Assembly: GCA_002104905.1 (NCBI GenBank) | Contig: MCFE01000308.1 | Coordinates: 1 to 64,000, forward strand | Source of the DNA: Basidiobolus meristosporus CBS 931.73 | Taxonomy: Eukaryota; Fungi; Basidiobolomycota | Direction: 5' to 3' | Length of the DNA: 64,000 bases | Part shown: piece by piece, positions 1-11,608 of the stretch | Position numbering within the stretch: the stretch's first letter is position 1 | How the letters are laid out: each line of letters begins with the position of its first letter | Made by a program: the position numbers and the translations under genes | The notes under the pieces: generated by a model | Databases searched by the model: none | Told to the model about the DNA's origin: nothing | What the model saw: only the letters and a program-made list of their open reading frames with translations

Positions 1-410
1 TGCGATTGGTTGATTCAGCACGATGATCTTACTACTCACTTGGAATATGAAAGGAGCAATGTAGAGTGTTCAAGTTGATTCTAATAAACTAAAGTCGCAG
101 TGAACCTATGGGTCGGGCCTCTTGCTTCACATTGAGGATCTTGTTCAATCCCACTTTATTCATGGATTGTGTATGATAATAAATTGACGATTTAAGAAAG
201 CTGCTTATCAAAATCTAGATTTCCCAAATCTCCTTGGATATTGCCCAAGCAAGCAGAAGTGAATTCTCTGATTAATAGATCTTGCATCCTTTTTGCGAAG
301 GTCACTCCCCGTACGTCTCTCAGCTGGAATACATGGGGCGCGGGAACCTACTCCTAAGTGTATGAGAATTCAAGGGATGAAAAGCCTGAGCGCTGGGATC
401 AGCCCAGTAC

Positions 411-2375
411 TCAGTGCCGGATATTTGGTACAAGGAAGATCGTAAACAGTATGGCGATTATATTGATAACTACAAAGATACAAAACGTAAAGGAGTTTAA
501 CCTTTCATTTAATACTGGAGTGATCAGCCCAATCGAGAAGGTGCAACTACGAAACGATAGAAAGGAGCGTTTAGGAGACGAGAATTCCAACAGTGGCGAA
601 GTTCCCCATCACAGATGCCAAGCTGTGAAAGTATGAGAACATTATACAGATACTTACATCCAACCGACGTTATTGGCCATGGAGACCACAGCACTCACCG
701 CAGATGTCGGCATCAACTCTGGGATCATCACAACAGTGATGGGGCCCAACCCGATCGCAAACGACGCTACAAATATAATGGCTGTTCAAAGTCATGCGAA
801 AGTATGAACCCGAGTACGTGGAGCAGGGAATGACGAAATAAATGCGAGGATCAGTGATGCGTTGCAGTTGTACAGCGATAGTGTGGATCACGAATAACTA
901 ACCTCCAGCCACCACTGCCGAATCAATCGAGTTCAAGGAAGCAAACACCAGGATGATGGATGCAAGGACCATCCCAACCTCGCTTATCAACAATAGTACC
1001 TTTCTTCCCGCACGCTCAATGACCACAGCTGAGATGAAGGTCATGATCATGTTCATTGCGGCTATACCCACGGTGACAAACTCGGCTTTCTTCGGACCAA
1101 ACACGCGCTCAAAGATGGCTGTTGAGTAATATACAATCCCGATGATCCCAGAGAGCGGCTGGAAGGCAAATAAGGAAATCCCGACCAGAGCTGGCTTTCT
1201 CAACTTATGGTCACGAAGGATTTGCAGGATGTTCAGCGGCTTCATGGTCTCGATGACGGTAACTCCCGCTTCAAGACCAGTCCCAACCTTACTCATCTGG
1301 ATTGATGCTATTGGGCTCATTGAGCCCCTGGGGCTGACGGAATTCTTGAAGCCAATGGGACCTTTGGGCACTGTCGGTAATTTGAAGCTCACGGGGCTTC
1401 TAGGGCTTACTGGACTCTTGAGGCTGACTGGGCTTGTAGGGCTTCTCACACTCACTGGGGTTGTTGGGCTCTTGGGGAAAATCGGACTGGCACACGAATT
1501 TCGAGAGCATAGCGAAACTCTGGATGCAGCTGGTACCTTTTGGGAGTCGATCATTTCCTGAAACTCTAGCTCGATATGATACCCGCGGCGTAATCTCTCC
1601 AGTGAAGTGCGTGCCTTGACCATGTTTCCTTTGAGGATTAGGAACCGAGGGGTCTCCACACAGAATGGTAGCAAGACCATTTGTAACAATGCCGGACCAA
1701 TTGTGCCTCCCATTAACCATCTCCACCCGGGAATACCAATCAATGGAATACACAGACCCTGAGAAATAAAGATCCCCAGCATCTGTGAAAGCTCCAAGCC
1801 GATTCCCAAAGAGCCACGTAATTTTTCGGTGGATATTTCTGCTAAATAGGCCGGTATAGCCACACCAACCACTCCACTACTGACCCCTACCAGTACCCTT
1901 CCCAAGATGAAGATTGGTATCGAGGTGCTCATTGCCAACATCAAACCACCAATGAGGAAAATGAAGTTGTTCCAAAAGAGGGTCTTCTTACGACCGAACC
2001 GCGCTGTTAATGAACCAGCCAGCGTGCTTCCTACCAACCCACCGATTGCGAAGACGCCCACGGCAAAGCCCCTGTTAGGTGAAGGGGACAACAATAACCA
2101 GTCAGTAATCTCCAAATAAGGATAATTCAGTCTGCTCCAAGGGCTTACCAAGTCCATGGGGTCATAGGTAAACAGTCTGGAAAGAATGATCGCGAATCTG
2201 GGTTCGGAACACAATTGATGATGGTATCTTGCGATATATTTGGGACGCCTGCGTTATACCCGGCATTAAATCCACCTATTATGGCGGTAAACGCGCAGAA
2301 CAGAACATAACCAGAAGTTTTCTGCTCTCTAGAGTCTGGTAATTGGGCCAAGCCTGGTGGAATCTCTTGTGGCAT
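411..2375 (-). CDS. MFS sugar porter (GLUT/HXT-like), about 4 exons
   Basis: Motifs AIIGGFNAGYNAGV, RFGRK, GRVLVG, PETPR-like (VETPRFL), QPLSGI..IVYY, ERAGRK, SFAIGLGPI. Introns read by eye: GTAAGC ~2148 to CTAACAG ~2073, GTTAGT ~903 to AACAG ~785, GTAAGT ~655 to TCGTAG ~548. Stop TGA at 411-413 after FLVPNIRH. Confidence 0.85.
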
Positions 2376-5300
2376 CGGATCTATGTAGGCTATGGATTGT
2401 TGAAATCTATGGGAGCGCAATATGATTGATGTCAACAACAGTACGGAGGGTTCAAGTCTGTAAAAGAAGCAATCGTACGGGTTACCCTGACAGTGCCTAG
2501 AGTCTAGTAGATATTAAAGATAGTGAGATAAATAGAAAGTAGTCCAAGGCGGGGAACACATTTTGGTAAAGTGTGATGGGCGGCAATTTATATAGCTCAT
2601 TTTCCAGAGGATTTCCAGAACACAACCACAACGATACGATGTAACTCACCGAGTTCATTCAATGAAAATTCATGGGATCCTGAAAGGATGGATATTTACC
2701 TAAAAGCAAAGGACGTACTGATGAATGTACTAGATGCAGGAGGAGGAGATATCGAGTCACAGCAAAGACAGCTATTACAAATGTCTTCATGAATATATTA
2801 CCAAGAATGCTGGATTTACATTCAGTCGATTCAACTGAAAGTACAGTATTGCTTTTTGATATTGTCAGGTGGGATTTTTATTCATCGAATTGTATCGTCA
2901 ATACACGGTAATCCCTTGTATTCCTTAGAGTCCCCTCCTCCTTTAGAAGTGCGCTCTCCGCTTCATGGTAGACAGCCGGGATAGTTTCAAAGCACGTCAA
3001 TCTAGAGTACGAGAAGCCCAATGAGGTCATCCGTGTTTGTTATTGATTACGCACACGAAGTAGAGTTTGCAAATCTATCGCTTTTTATTTGGATACTGAA
3101 GAGAGTAGCGCTAGCAGGGTTTCCAGTTTGTTTCGCATTATTTGTGATAATGAGCTGTAGTAACATTACTTTTCATATTCAAATCGGTTCCAATGGATCA
3201 GGGCAACGAATTATCCATGTTTCAATCCAGCTTTTTTGTCGCTGCCAACATATTGCTCCGCTTCTGTAATTGCTCGTGTCCCAACCCATTTCATTTGAAA
3301 ATCTTTCTCTCGATGATGTCATGAAGAAATGCACGTGGAACTAAATACGTTTGTATTGACGCTGTTGTTTTGAACGCAAGGAAGCATATTTATTTTTAGA
3401 ATGTAAGGATGAATTAAAATAGGAGAAAAGTAAGGAGAGAGCTGTGAAAAATAAAGTTCTACATACAAAGGGCAGGTAAAGTTTATTATGAAGCGCACTT
3501 ATTGACTAAGAGCACGATACAATCAAGCCATGGTACATGCAATACAAATCACCATGCCCGCTTACTAGGATATTCCCCAAATGCCAAATCCTTGGGGATG
3601 AAGCATGGCCATATCCTGTCTATACTGGCAAAGGTCTGCTTGTCACAAATATTCATATCAAGAGTGAGCTTTGCGGTAGATGAGCCCTACCCCAGCTTTC
3701 GGTTTGCTCACTAGTTCTCCGGCCTGTCAACGGTACTCTAGCGCATGGATAAGAAGTTTCCAAAATCGGGGCCCGCACATCTGCCACTTGCAATGGATAT
3801 GGGATTTTAAGAATGCCAATCGTGGTGTTAGCATGATAGATTTGCAAAAGATGCTGACTCGGCATATGTGTCATGAGTTTCTGCCCAGTGCTTCTTAAAA
3901 TAGTGTGGAATCTGCAATTAAAGCCCAGCCTATTCCCAGTGGAGCTTGGCCCCTTTGATGCATAGGTGTGTTAGATAGCTTAGAAAAGATGATACGTATG
4001 CATCGTAATTAGCCATTGAACCGATTCGAAGAACGTGTACTTCATTAGGAGATATGGAATTCATAATGAACCCTGTGACGAACATCCACAAGGAAGATTA
4101 GCCCGGACATTTACTAGTATATGGACCTGAAGGTTTGCAAGTAACAACCCAGTTCCTCAACGTGTTAAGTCATGGATCAAGTAAGCCTCAGCTCCTCCAA
4201 GGGTCATACCATCAAATGTGCCAGTAAAATAAACTCATTCTATTATGTAACTTTCGAGTGATGCAATTTCGATCGCTTTGCATTAGCCACCTAAAGGTAA
4301 ATATTAGCGTAAGGCCACATAGAATGTCACCTATAACCACACAAGGTGGATCAACCTACACTTCACAATATTTGAAACCGAAAACGAAGTAACATGTCAG
4401 GTGTGGTGGCAATGTATTTTAAGGAAATCACTATGGCTTACTATCCGCTGGCTAGCAAGGATACCATACCTTTACCCAGATATGCCATACTCTGCTCATA
4501 GAAAGCGCACTTGGAGATTCCAATGAGTGTAGAGGGATTCTCCCTTTTGTCCCTATTCTACTGGTTGAGCATCATCGAAGCAGGCCAACATCAACAATAA
4601 CAATGGGTAAGGCCAGACATACATTGCGAGGCCTAGCTCATGAAGGGCTATGATGTCATAATGGCCTGCCTGGGACTCCAGCTCAACAGATACTTCCTGA
4701 ACACTGCTCCCATTGGTCTATTCTTGGTAATCACGTGGAGTCATAAACGCAATAGACAATACAGAGCTAATTTAACCTCAAGATGGCATAGAAATCGGTC
4801 TGATCTTACGATTTGTTTGAGGCAATACTTGTGCTATGCATATGCAGGTGGTGCATGCGAAAAACCGAGTTCATGGATCTATCGAGCAATAGGATGCTCA
4901 CCAGCCATAGCAATGACCTCTATTTAGAAGATTTTCCTGTTCAAACTGAGGTATGGGAAAATCGGATTGCCTTGTGGATATCAGTGGATGGATCAGGAAT
5001 GCCAGAGTAAACTGATCAATTCAATCTCTACAGTAGGTGCGGTCTAGTGGGAATATCAGGTGTGATAGAGTGCTCTGCTTTACTTAGGGCTGCATAGGAT
5101 CATCTGTTGTGTAACTAATGGACAACACAAACGAATCGAAAAGCAATAGCTGGGCGTCGGGTGTGAGTAATCGCAGGTGGCCGTTTTCCGTAGCAAGTGA
5201 AGGGAGCTCCATTATTCTTTCACCAGAGTAGGCGGTGGAGGTAACCATGTACGCCGCAAAATTATTTTCAATTTAGCCGGCAGCCCAAGAACATCCAAGG

Positions 5301-5689
5301 CGATGAGTTAGGATGAGAAGGAGTGATACAAAGGTCATAAGAATATTTCGGAATATAGATTGATCAGATTTCGAACACAGGTCAGGGAAGCACGCAGGAT
5401 TCCTTGAACGGATTCCAGGAGACGGTGAAACCCGGATATTTCAAAGCCATTTGCGCATGAATTTTAGTGTACTTGGCTGTGCTGTGATATTCCAATAGAA
5501 CTAACTGAGTAGAATTACTCCGAATCGCTTGTTATGGAAGTTGCTGGACCTCTGTGTCAATTCCATAAGACCAGTTATAGTTAAGATTAGTCACGTTGAG
5601 CATGAATCCTTGCACTTTATTGATTCCCGCGATCGAGATGCTGAGAAGACTAAACCGGATATCAGTAGTGGGGAATGGCTTGTTTGGAG

Positions 5690-5696
5690 TATATAA
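5690..5696 (+). promoter_or_regulatory. Candidate TATA box of F-box gene
   Basis: TATATAA about 60 nt upstream of ATG 5754. Confidence 0.4.
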
Positions 5697-5753
5697 GGCC
5701 GGATCTCAGCCTTCACAAGGTACGTTGGTTCTTGTTATTCTATTATTCTAGAC

Positions 5754-6434
5754 ATGGCTCAGACGCTACAATCGCTGTCAATAACTAAATATCCTCCTGA
5801 GGTAGTTTCTCATATTTTGAGTTTCCTTGATCTGAATACGCTCATAGCTACGCGGACCTGTTGCCACGACTGGTATAAGCTCTGTATGCTGCATATCCGT
5901 AGAAAGATCAAGAACACCCATGCATCATTGACGTTCGAGCAAGAAGGGAAATGGCAGTTTACGGTGGATTTCGGGTTTTCTTCTTATGACGAGAGTACAT
6001 CCAGGGTGACATATGAGGTGAGGTCTTTGAAGACCCGACGTTGTTTCCACGGGATCCTGCTAGAAAATCCGAAGGTTACCAGTATAAAGCTATTCCCTTA
6101 CAATGTGGAGATCTGCCCCAACCGATCCATCCCCGTTAAAAAGGAAGGAATCTTCTTGGGGCTGCCAAGCAGCCATATGGCACATGAACGGTGGACACTG
6201 AGTTATCAAGTATCAAAACACCCACCGAGTCAGCGCCAGGATTTGGAACCCATCGGGGGCGAACGGTGGATCACTCCTCTTGCTTTTGAATGCTCATTAG
6301 AGTTTTTGATCTCGAACTCCAGGCCATCTTTTCTGAGAAAGGTGGCCCACTTGTTTCCGTCGAAGCGCTTGGCATTTCTACCATCCACCACATTCAACCC
6401 CAATGAAGGGCACGCCTCACCTGTTACTGCGTAG
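5754..6434 (+). CDS. F-box domain protein, 226 aa, single exon
   Basis: N-terminal YPPEVVSHILSFLDLNTLIATRTCCHDWYKLC matches the F-box consensus. C-terminal part not recognised. Confidence 0.75.
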   Translation: MAQTLQSLSITKYPPEVVSHILSFLDLNTLIATRTCCHDWYKLCMLHIRRKIKNTHASLTFEQEGKWQFTVDFGFSSYDESTSRVTYEVRSLKTRRCFHGILLENPKVTSIKLFPYNVEICPNRSIPVKKEGIFLGLPSSHMAHERWTLSYQVSKHPPSQRQDLEPIGGERWITPLAFECSLEFLISNSRPSFLRKVAHLFPSKRLAFLPSTTFNPNEGHASPVTA

Positions 6435-7096
6435 TTTCAAGTCATGTTCCAAGGTTAACAACATGTCATTCGACGGGTGAAACCCGCCACTGCTACTCAT
6501 CTAGAAGCGTAGTGTCCGTTCACGCATCATTTGTAAATAGACTAAATATTTATCAGCGTTGTCCAATAAATTTTTTTTGACCAATATTAGGTGACACTTT
6601 CTACCATGACGCTATCCACATTATACCTGTGTTTCATGGGACTTGGTGAGTTATGCCCGCCACGTTGTACATTCACGGAAATCAAGTCACGATTGGCTCT
6701 AATTCGTGATTCGTTGTAATTGCTAATGATGATAACAACATGGCGTCATATTCCATATCATCAAACACGTGCATGGTGGTAAGCTGATGAAGAAGCCCTG
6801 ACTGGCTCCCTGACAACAAACTTGATTTGGGGTGTTTTTAATAATATATCCATCTTTCAAGAGGTGCAGCAAGATCATTGCTAAGTGCTCTATTTATATA
6901 CATGTGAGTATCAGATACATCAATCAAGTGGGTAACGATCTGGGACGGGACATGGCGATTTGAGATGCATGCAGAGGCCTGTATTGCGGAACTAGATGGA
7001 ATTCCACCCTTTAGTCCTCTCCTAGCTCCATATCACTTCCGTCCGAATCCTGCATTCAACGGAGTTAGTGCTGGCAACACAAACAACACACGCAAA

Positions 7097-8290
7097 TCAA
7101 CATACCTCTAATACAAAAATCTCATGACTCGTTCGGGGTTGGCGGTCGGAAGAGAGCGTGGGTGCCGTAAGATATTGGGTCTCGAGGTTTTTGGTCTCCG
7201 GTTCTTGGTCAGCCTCCCAAACTTGATCATACTGGAGGCTCTTACGCCGACGTAGTCTCCAAAGGATAAGGCCAGTTCCTATCGAGATCAAGCCTCCAAT
7301 GAAAGTCACCGCTATGAAAGTGAAAACCAAGGAGATATTAAACCGATCCTCTAGCTCCTCGTTAGAAGCATTGCTACTCGTTTCATTTGCCTCCAGATTT
7401 GGTCTGAGGATCAAGACTGGTGAATGCCCCTTCGCGGTGTCCTTTAAGTGCGACTTGGAAGCCTCTTCAACTGACGCGCTTGGAAGCACTCTATAGCTAC
7501 TACTTTTTAAAGTTGGAGATAGAACTTTCGTAGATAAAGCAACTGTAACGGTAGCAGTGGCAGTAGCAGTGGTAGTACTGCCTAGTGCTTCGGAACTACT
7601 TGTTGACGTTGCTACCACGTTACCAGTAATTGAATGAATCGTGGTATATGTTGCTGTGGCCGAAAGGGACGGTTCACTGACTCCATTGGATTCATATACG
7701 TGTGAATACATGTGGCAGTCACTCGAATTCTGAAATACTGTACTATCAATGTTCTCCTCCAATATCGATTTGTCAAGGAAAGCCGATGCACCCGTGCACA
7801 CCGAAATAGCATGATCCCTACAAAACAACATATGAGCCACGATCTTGTCTCCTTGTTGGTGCTACGTTGAACCAACCTTACTAACGGGCAGACAGGATAA
7901 ACAGTCAGCGTGTCTGTATCACATTTTCTGTATGTGATTGAGCATAATGCTTCCCTAATAGCTAGGAAGCAGGAGGCGCTGGCACTCTCATAGCCTTCTC
8001 TGCTGATTTTGTTCAAAAGCTCTAGAAAACATTCGTCAATAGTATTCAACTAGATCCACAATAACGCTAACTCACCTTTAACTTTGCCCTCAGCCAGTGT
8101 TACATTGGTGACGGTTGTGGCATAGCCAACTTCTTGACAAATGGTTGATGAATTACTTAGAGGGCCGCAATGGTCCCCGTGCGCTAGAGTCAAGGAGCCG
8201 TTAGCCACTCATCCAAATCTCTACCGCAATTCCTCACTTGCCTGTTGCTGCTAGAATCCCACAAAATATCAGAGGATAAAGCCTAAACAT
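7097..8290 (-). CDS. Type I membrane protein: signal peptide, Frizzled-like Cys-rich domain, Ser/Thr stalk, TM helix, short tail (4 exons)
   Basis: ATG 8290 gives MFRLYPLIFCGILAAT. Reconstructed exons give C-x8-C-x6-C (CFLAIREALCSITYRKC) then PVC. Stalk TSTSSSEALGSTTTATATATVT; TM FNISLVFTFIAVTFIGGLISIGTGLILW followed by RLRRRK. Confidence 0.6.
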
Positions 8291-9563
8291 CTTCTCTAGT
8301 TATCGGTAGTTCTACTCTTTCTACGCTGTAGTTCCAAATCGACGAATTGACAAGCTGGATCCAATGCAAATAGCTCTGACTCTATCTACTGGTATCTGAC
8401 CAAGAAAATATACTATCTTTCACGATGAATCTAGGGAAATGGCCCGGAGGTGTAGTACAGCGTCGGGACGGGAAGCGAAAGAGCCTTGTCTAATCTAGTA
8501 TAGAGATTGGTGAGAGGGCTCAGATAACAAACCAAACCTTACAAACTGTCACCTAATATTTAAACGGTAAATTTTCCGAGATTTCCCCTGTATCCTACAC
8601 TATCATAGGGCTCATGAGCTCAAACATTACGAAACCATATGATCTATAATGGCTATATGTAAGTATCCAATGTATGAAGCAATACAATATGGAGCCTAGT
8701 GCTGGCATCGTCTGTACATTACATTCGTTACCGCAAGCTTCTGGGCACCCTACGATTCCTCATCAGAGCACTGTAGTTAATGCTAAAGCATGCATCTCAT
8801 AAGAACCACACTACACCTCGATTGTGGAATGCCTAGTATTGGGATGTTTTTTCCTGATCTGATCATCCACTTCGATTCAGCACGTTGATCCTACTAGCTA
8901 CGAACTAATGATCCACCAAAATTATTCCCTTAAAAGAGCCCCTATTGCACTGCACCAACGTGTTGCTACCATTAATAGCAGTCCACCGTGAGATCAAGAA
9001 GCATCACCAGTCAAGGGACAAAATATCCAGCTGCACCCCTTGCCATTTAAGCATCCGTCCTTGCGGATTTAGCCTCTTCGATACTTATAGCTGTCACGTC
9101 ATTAGGGCCTATTGAATACGCTGAAGCTAACTCCTGCAACCAGTTCCCATGTAAACTGCGCCCTATCCTATGGTCGAATGATCCATGGATGTTCCTTGTG
9201 AACAGTTGCGACAGCCAGTTATGTACTGGACCATGGTGCACTCCGCGAGCCAAGTACATGAATGTACGTGTCGTTGAATATGTCAGGCTCAAAAACGTGT
9301 CCACCCTCATATGTCACATGCAAGGGCTCGGGCTCCTTGGCAAGCTGAATGCGGAATGAAAATGATTTTGCCGACCTCTCGAGCTAAAATCGGGCCAAAC
9401 GATCACAGGTGTGGAAGAGCATGACCTCGGTTCCTACTTCGCCACTTTACACGCTTTGATTAAAGCAGATGTCGAGGCATATGCAATTAAGTATATTTAC
9501 GAAATATAAGCGCAATTGATGACTAAAAATGTTACATCGTAATAATTGGGAAAATGAGATACT

Positions 9564-11081
9564 CTAACGTTTCTTATAGATACAAGGCTTCAATAGATGC
9601 GAGGCGGCTTTCGCAGAGGGCATTTTGCCTGGAACCTTTTTCTTTTGCTTCGGGGCGCCGTTGTTCTTGACGAAGTCGAACATCACAAACATTTTGCTGA
9701 GTTGCTTTTTCTTTTCGAGACGGAATCCAAGCTCGACAACAATGCTGACAAATTCGTCAATATCAGTGAACCGGCTAATCACCTCGGCAATCCTCAACTG
9801 CCCTCCTGGCTTGAGGATTCTATGCGCCTCAATCAAAAACTCGAGGAAATTAGTACCCATCAGTGACAATGAGAAAATGGCTACGTCGACGGTGTTGGCG
9901 TCAAGAGGAACATTTGCAATATCGCAAGCAGTGATCCGATCATTGGCAGCGACAAGGTCGAAGGACCAAACCTTTTGCTGAACAGAAGCAGCCAACTTGG
10001 CTTCTCCACAGCCCAAGTCAGCGATGATTTTATCCTTAGGTAGAGAGTTGACATAATCAATATAAATATCGATAGGGTTCACGGACCAGCTCTCGGCTTG
10101 AGAACGGAATCCTTCGTGATACTCTTCAAAAATAGCAGGATCATTTTGGAGAAGTTCGAAGGCTTTGGAGCCAGAAGTAGTGTAAAGCTGCTCGTTGATC
10201 CATCTGAAGCGTGCCCCTTGGAGTTTCTTTTGCATTTTCTGCTGAAGCGGAGTGAGAGCAGCGGTCTTGGAAGAAATGATGTCTTCGTCGTGTGGTTCTG
10301 AGTCCGCCACTGATTTTTCGCCTGCCTTCTTTTCCAATAGCTTTTTCAGTTTAGCTTGCTCCTTTAGTGAAATCTTCTTGCTGGTTGTAGCCGTAGATTC
10401 CTTTGCAGTCTCAGGGGCTTCCTTAGTTTCCTCGACTGCCTCGACTACCTCCACTTCCTTGTCCTTGGTCTTTTTCTCTCCGGACTTGACTGAAGTAAAT
10501 TGTTTCTTGATAGCTTCAAAATTCTTCAACAACGAACCAAAATCGACTTCATCATCCGAGTCAGCGCTCTTATTTTGTGCGCTCTTCTTTGCCTTCTTGT
10601 CTGTAAAAGGTTTGACAATCTTCTCAAGATCCATGTCTTCGAGTTCACCGTCTTCCTCATCTGAGAATTTCATATCTTCCCAGTCGTCAGTGTCGTATTC
10701 AGAATCATTAGCGCCCTCATCGTTGTTATCCTGGGAAGTTGATTCTACTTTTCGAGGGGTCTCTTTGGCGGGCTTCGAGTTCGAAGCGTTCTTTGGCTCT
10801 TCGGCCTTTTGCTTAACAACTTTGACTTGCTTTTGAGTCTTGGCCTTGGTGGTCTCAGCTTTTTTCTCAGTATCGGCAGTCTTTTGTTTCTTGTTAGAGT
10901 TTTGCTGTTGAGCAGGGCCTACTTTGGTTTTTCGTTGGGGAACCTCGGAAGAGGCGACCTTTGTGGTGGCCTTTTCCTTAGCTGGTTGATCAGCATTCTT
11001 ACGTTTGTTGGTTTTATTCTTCTCTGGGGCTTTCTCTATCACCAACGGGCCCTTCAGTTTGAAACCAGTTTCGAAAAGCAT
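9564..11081 (-). CDS. RRP8: Ribosomal RNA-processing protein 8 (25S rRNA adenine methyltransferase)
   Basis: KLQGARFRWINEQLYTT, FEEYHEGFRSQ..W..NP, IADLGCGEAKLA, SFDLVA, DIAVFSLSLMGTN-like motif, LKPCIYKKR C-terminus, long K/E-rich N-terminus. Confidence 0.93.
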   Translation of the reverse strand: MLFETGFKLKGPLVIEKAPEKNKTNKRKNADQPAKEKATTKVASSEVPQRKTKVGPAQQQNSNKKQKTADTEKKAETTKAKTQKQVKVVKQKAEEPKNASNSKPAKETPRKVESTSQDNNDEGANDSEYDTDDWEDMKFSDEEDGELEDMDLEKIVKPFTDKKAKKSAQNKSADSDDEVDFGSLLKNFEAIKKQFTSVKSGEKKTKDKEVEVVEAVEETKEAPETAKESTATTSKKISLKEQAKLKKLLEKKAGEKSVADSEPHDEDIISSKTAALTPLQQKMQKKLQGARFRWINEQLYTTSGSKAFELLQNDPAIFEEYHEGFRSQAESWSVNPIDIYIDYVNSLPKDKIIADLGCGEAKLAASVQQKVWSFDLVAANDRITACDIANVPLDANTVDVAIFSLSLMGTNFLEFLIEAHRILKPGGQLRIAEVISRFTDIDEFVSIVVELGFRLEKKKQLSKMFVMFDFVKNNGAPKQKKKVPGKMPSAKAASHLLKPCIYKKR

Positions 11082-11608
11082 CTTCAGACCTTTCCTTCTT
11101 CACAGTGGGAGGGGGGATAGTGCTGTCAAGGATAAATTCTCCACGGAATTCGGAAAAAGATTGATTTCTACATTGGCAGGAATTCTTTTTTTTTCTATTT
11201 TTCAATAATCTGTTCCACGCTGCTGTGACTTGACTACGAAAAATTGACTACCTCACACCCACTCAGCTTTGGATCTATTGCCACCGATTAGATAAGCATT
11301 CACACTCGAATATTTACTGTTAATACCCAGTTAAGACTTCATTGAAATTAGGGAAGAAAATTACATTAATTTAGTGAAGTAGGTGTGAAGAGCATGGAGT
11401 GCTCTTGACAAATAGTAGCTTGGAAACCGACCGAGCGGTGCAGTTTGGAAATGGAATTAGGCTAATGTGTGTTAAACGATGAAGAAAGTGCATAAAAGCA
11501 GGTGACCAGTCTCCCCAGGACTCAAAAAACCTCAGAATGGTAAATCCAGCAAAGAGCTTCTTGATACACTTGATTGGAACCAAATGTTGCCGATTGGATT
11601 TAATCTAT

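Noticed and set aside
3500-3900. Stop-interrupted minus-strand frame faintly resembling a JmjC segment (PDFG...STAKLTLDM)
   Set aside because: Too few matching residues and several stops. It needs TBLASTX to support any call.
9047-9310. His-rich small ORF (HGPVHNW) resembling a tyrosinase CuB site
   Set aside because: The downstream DP.F.LHH motif and the rest of the domain are absent.
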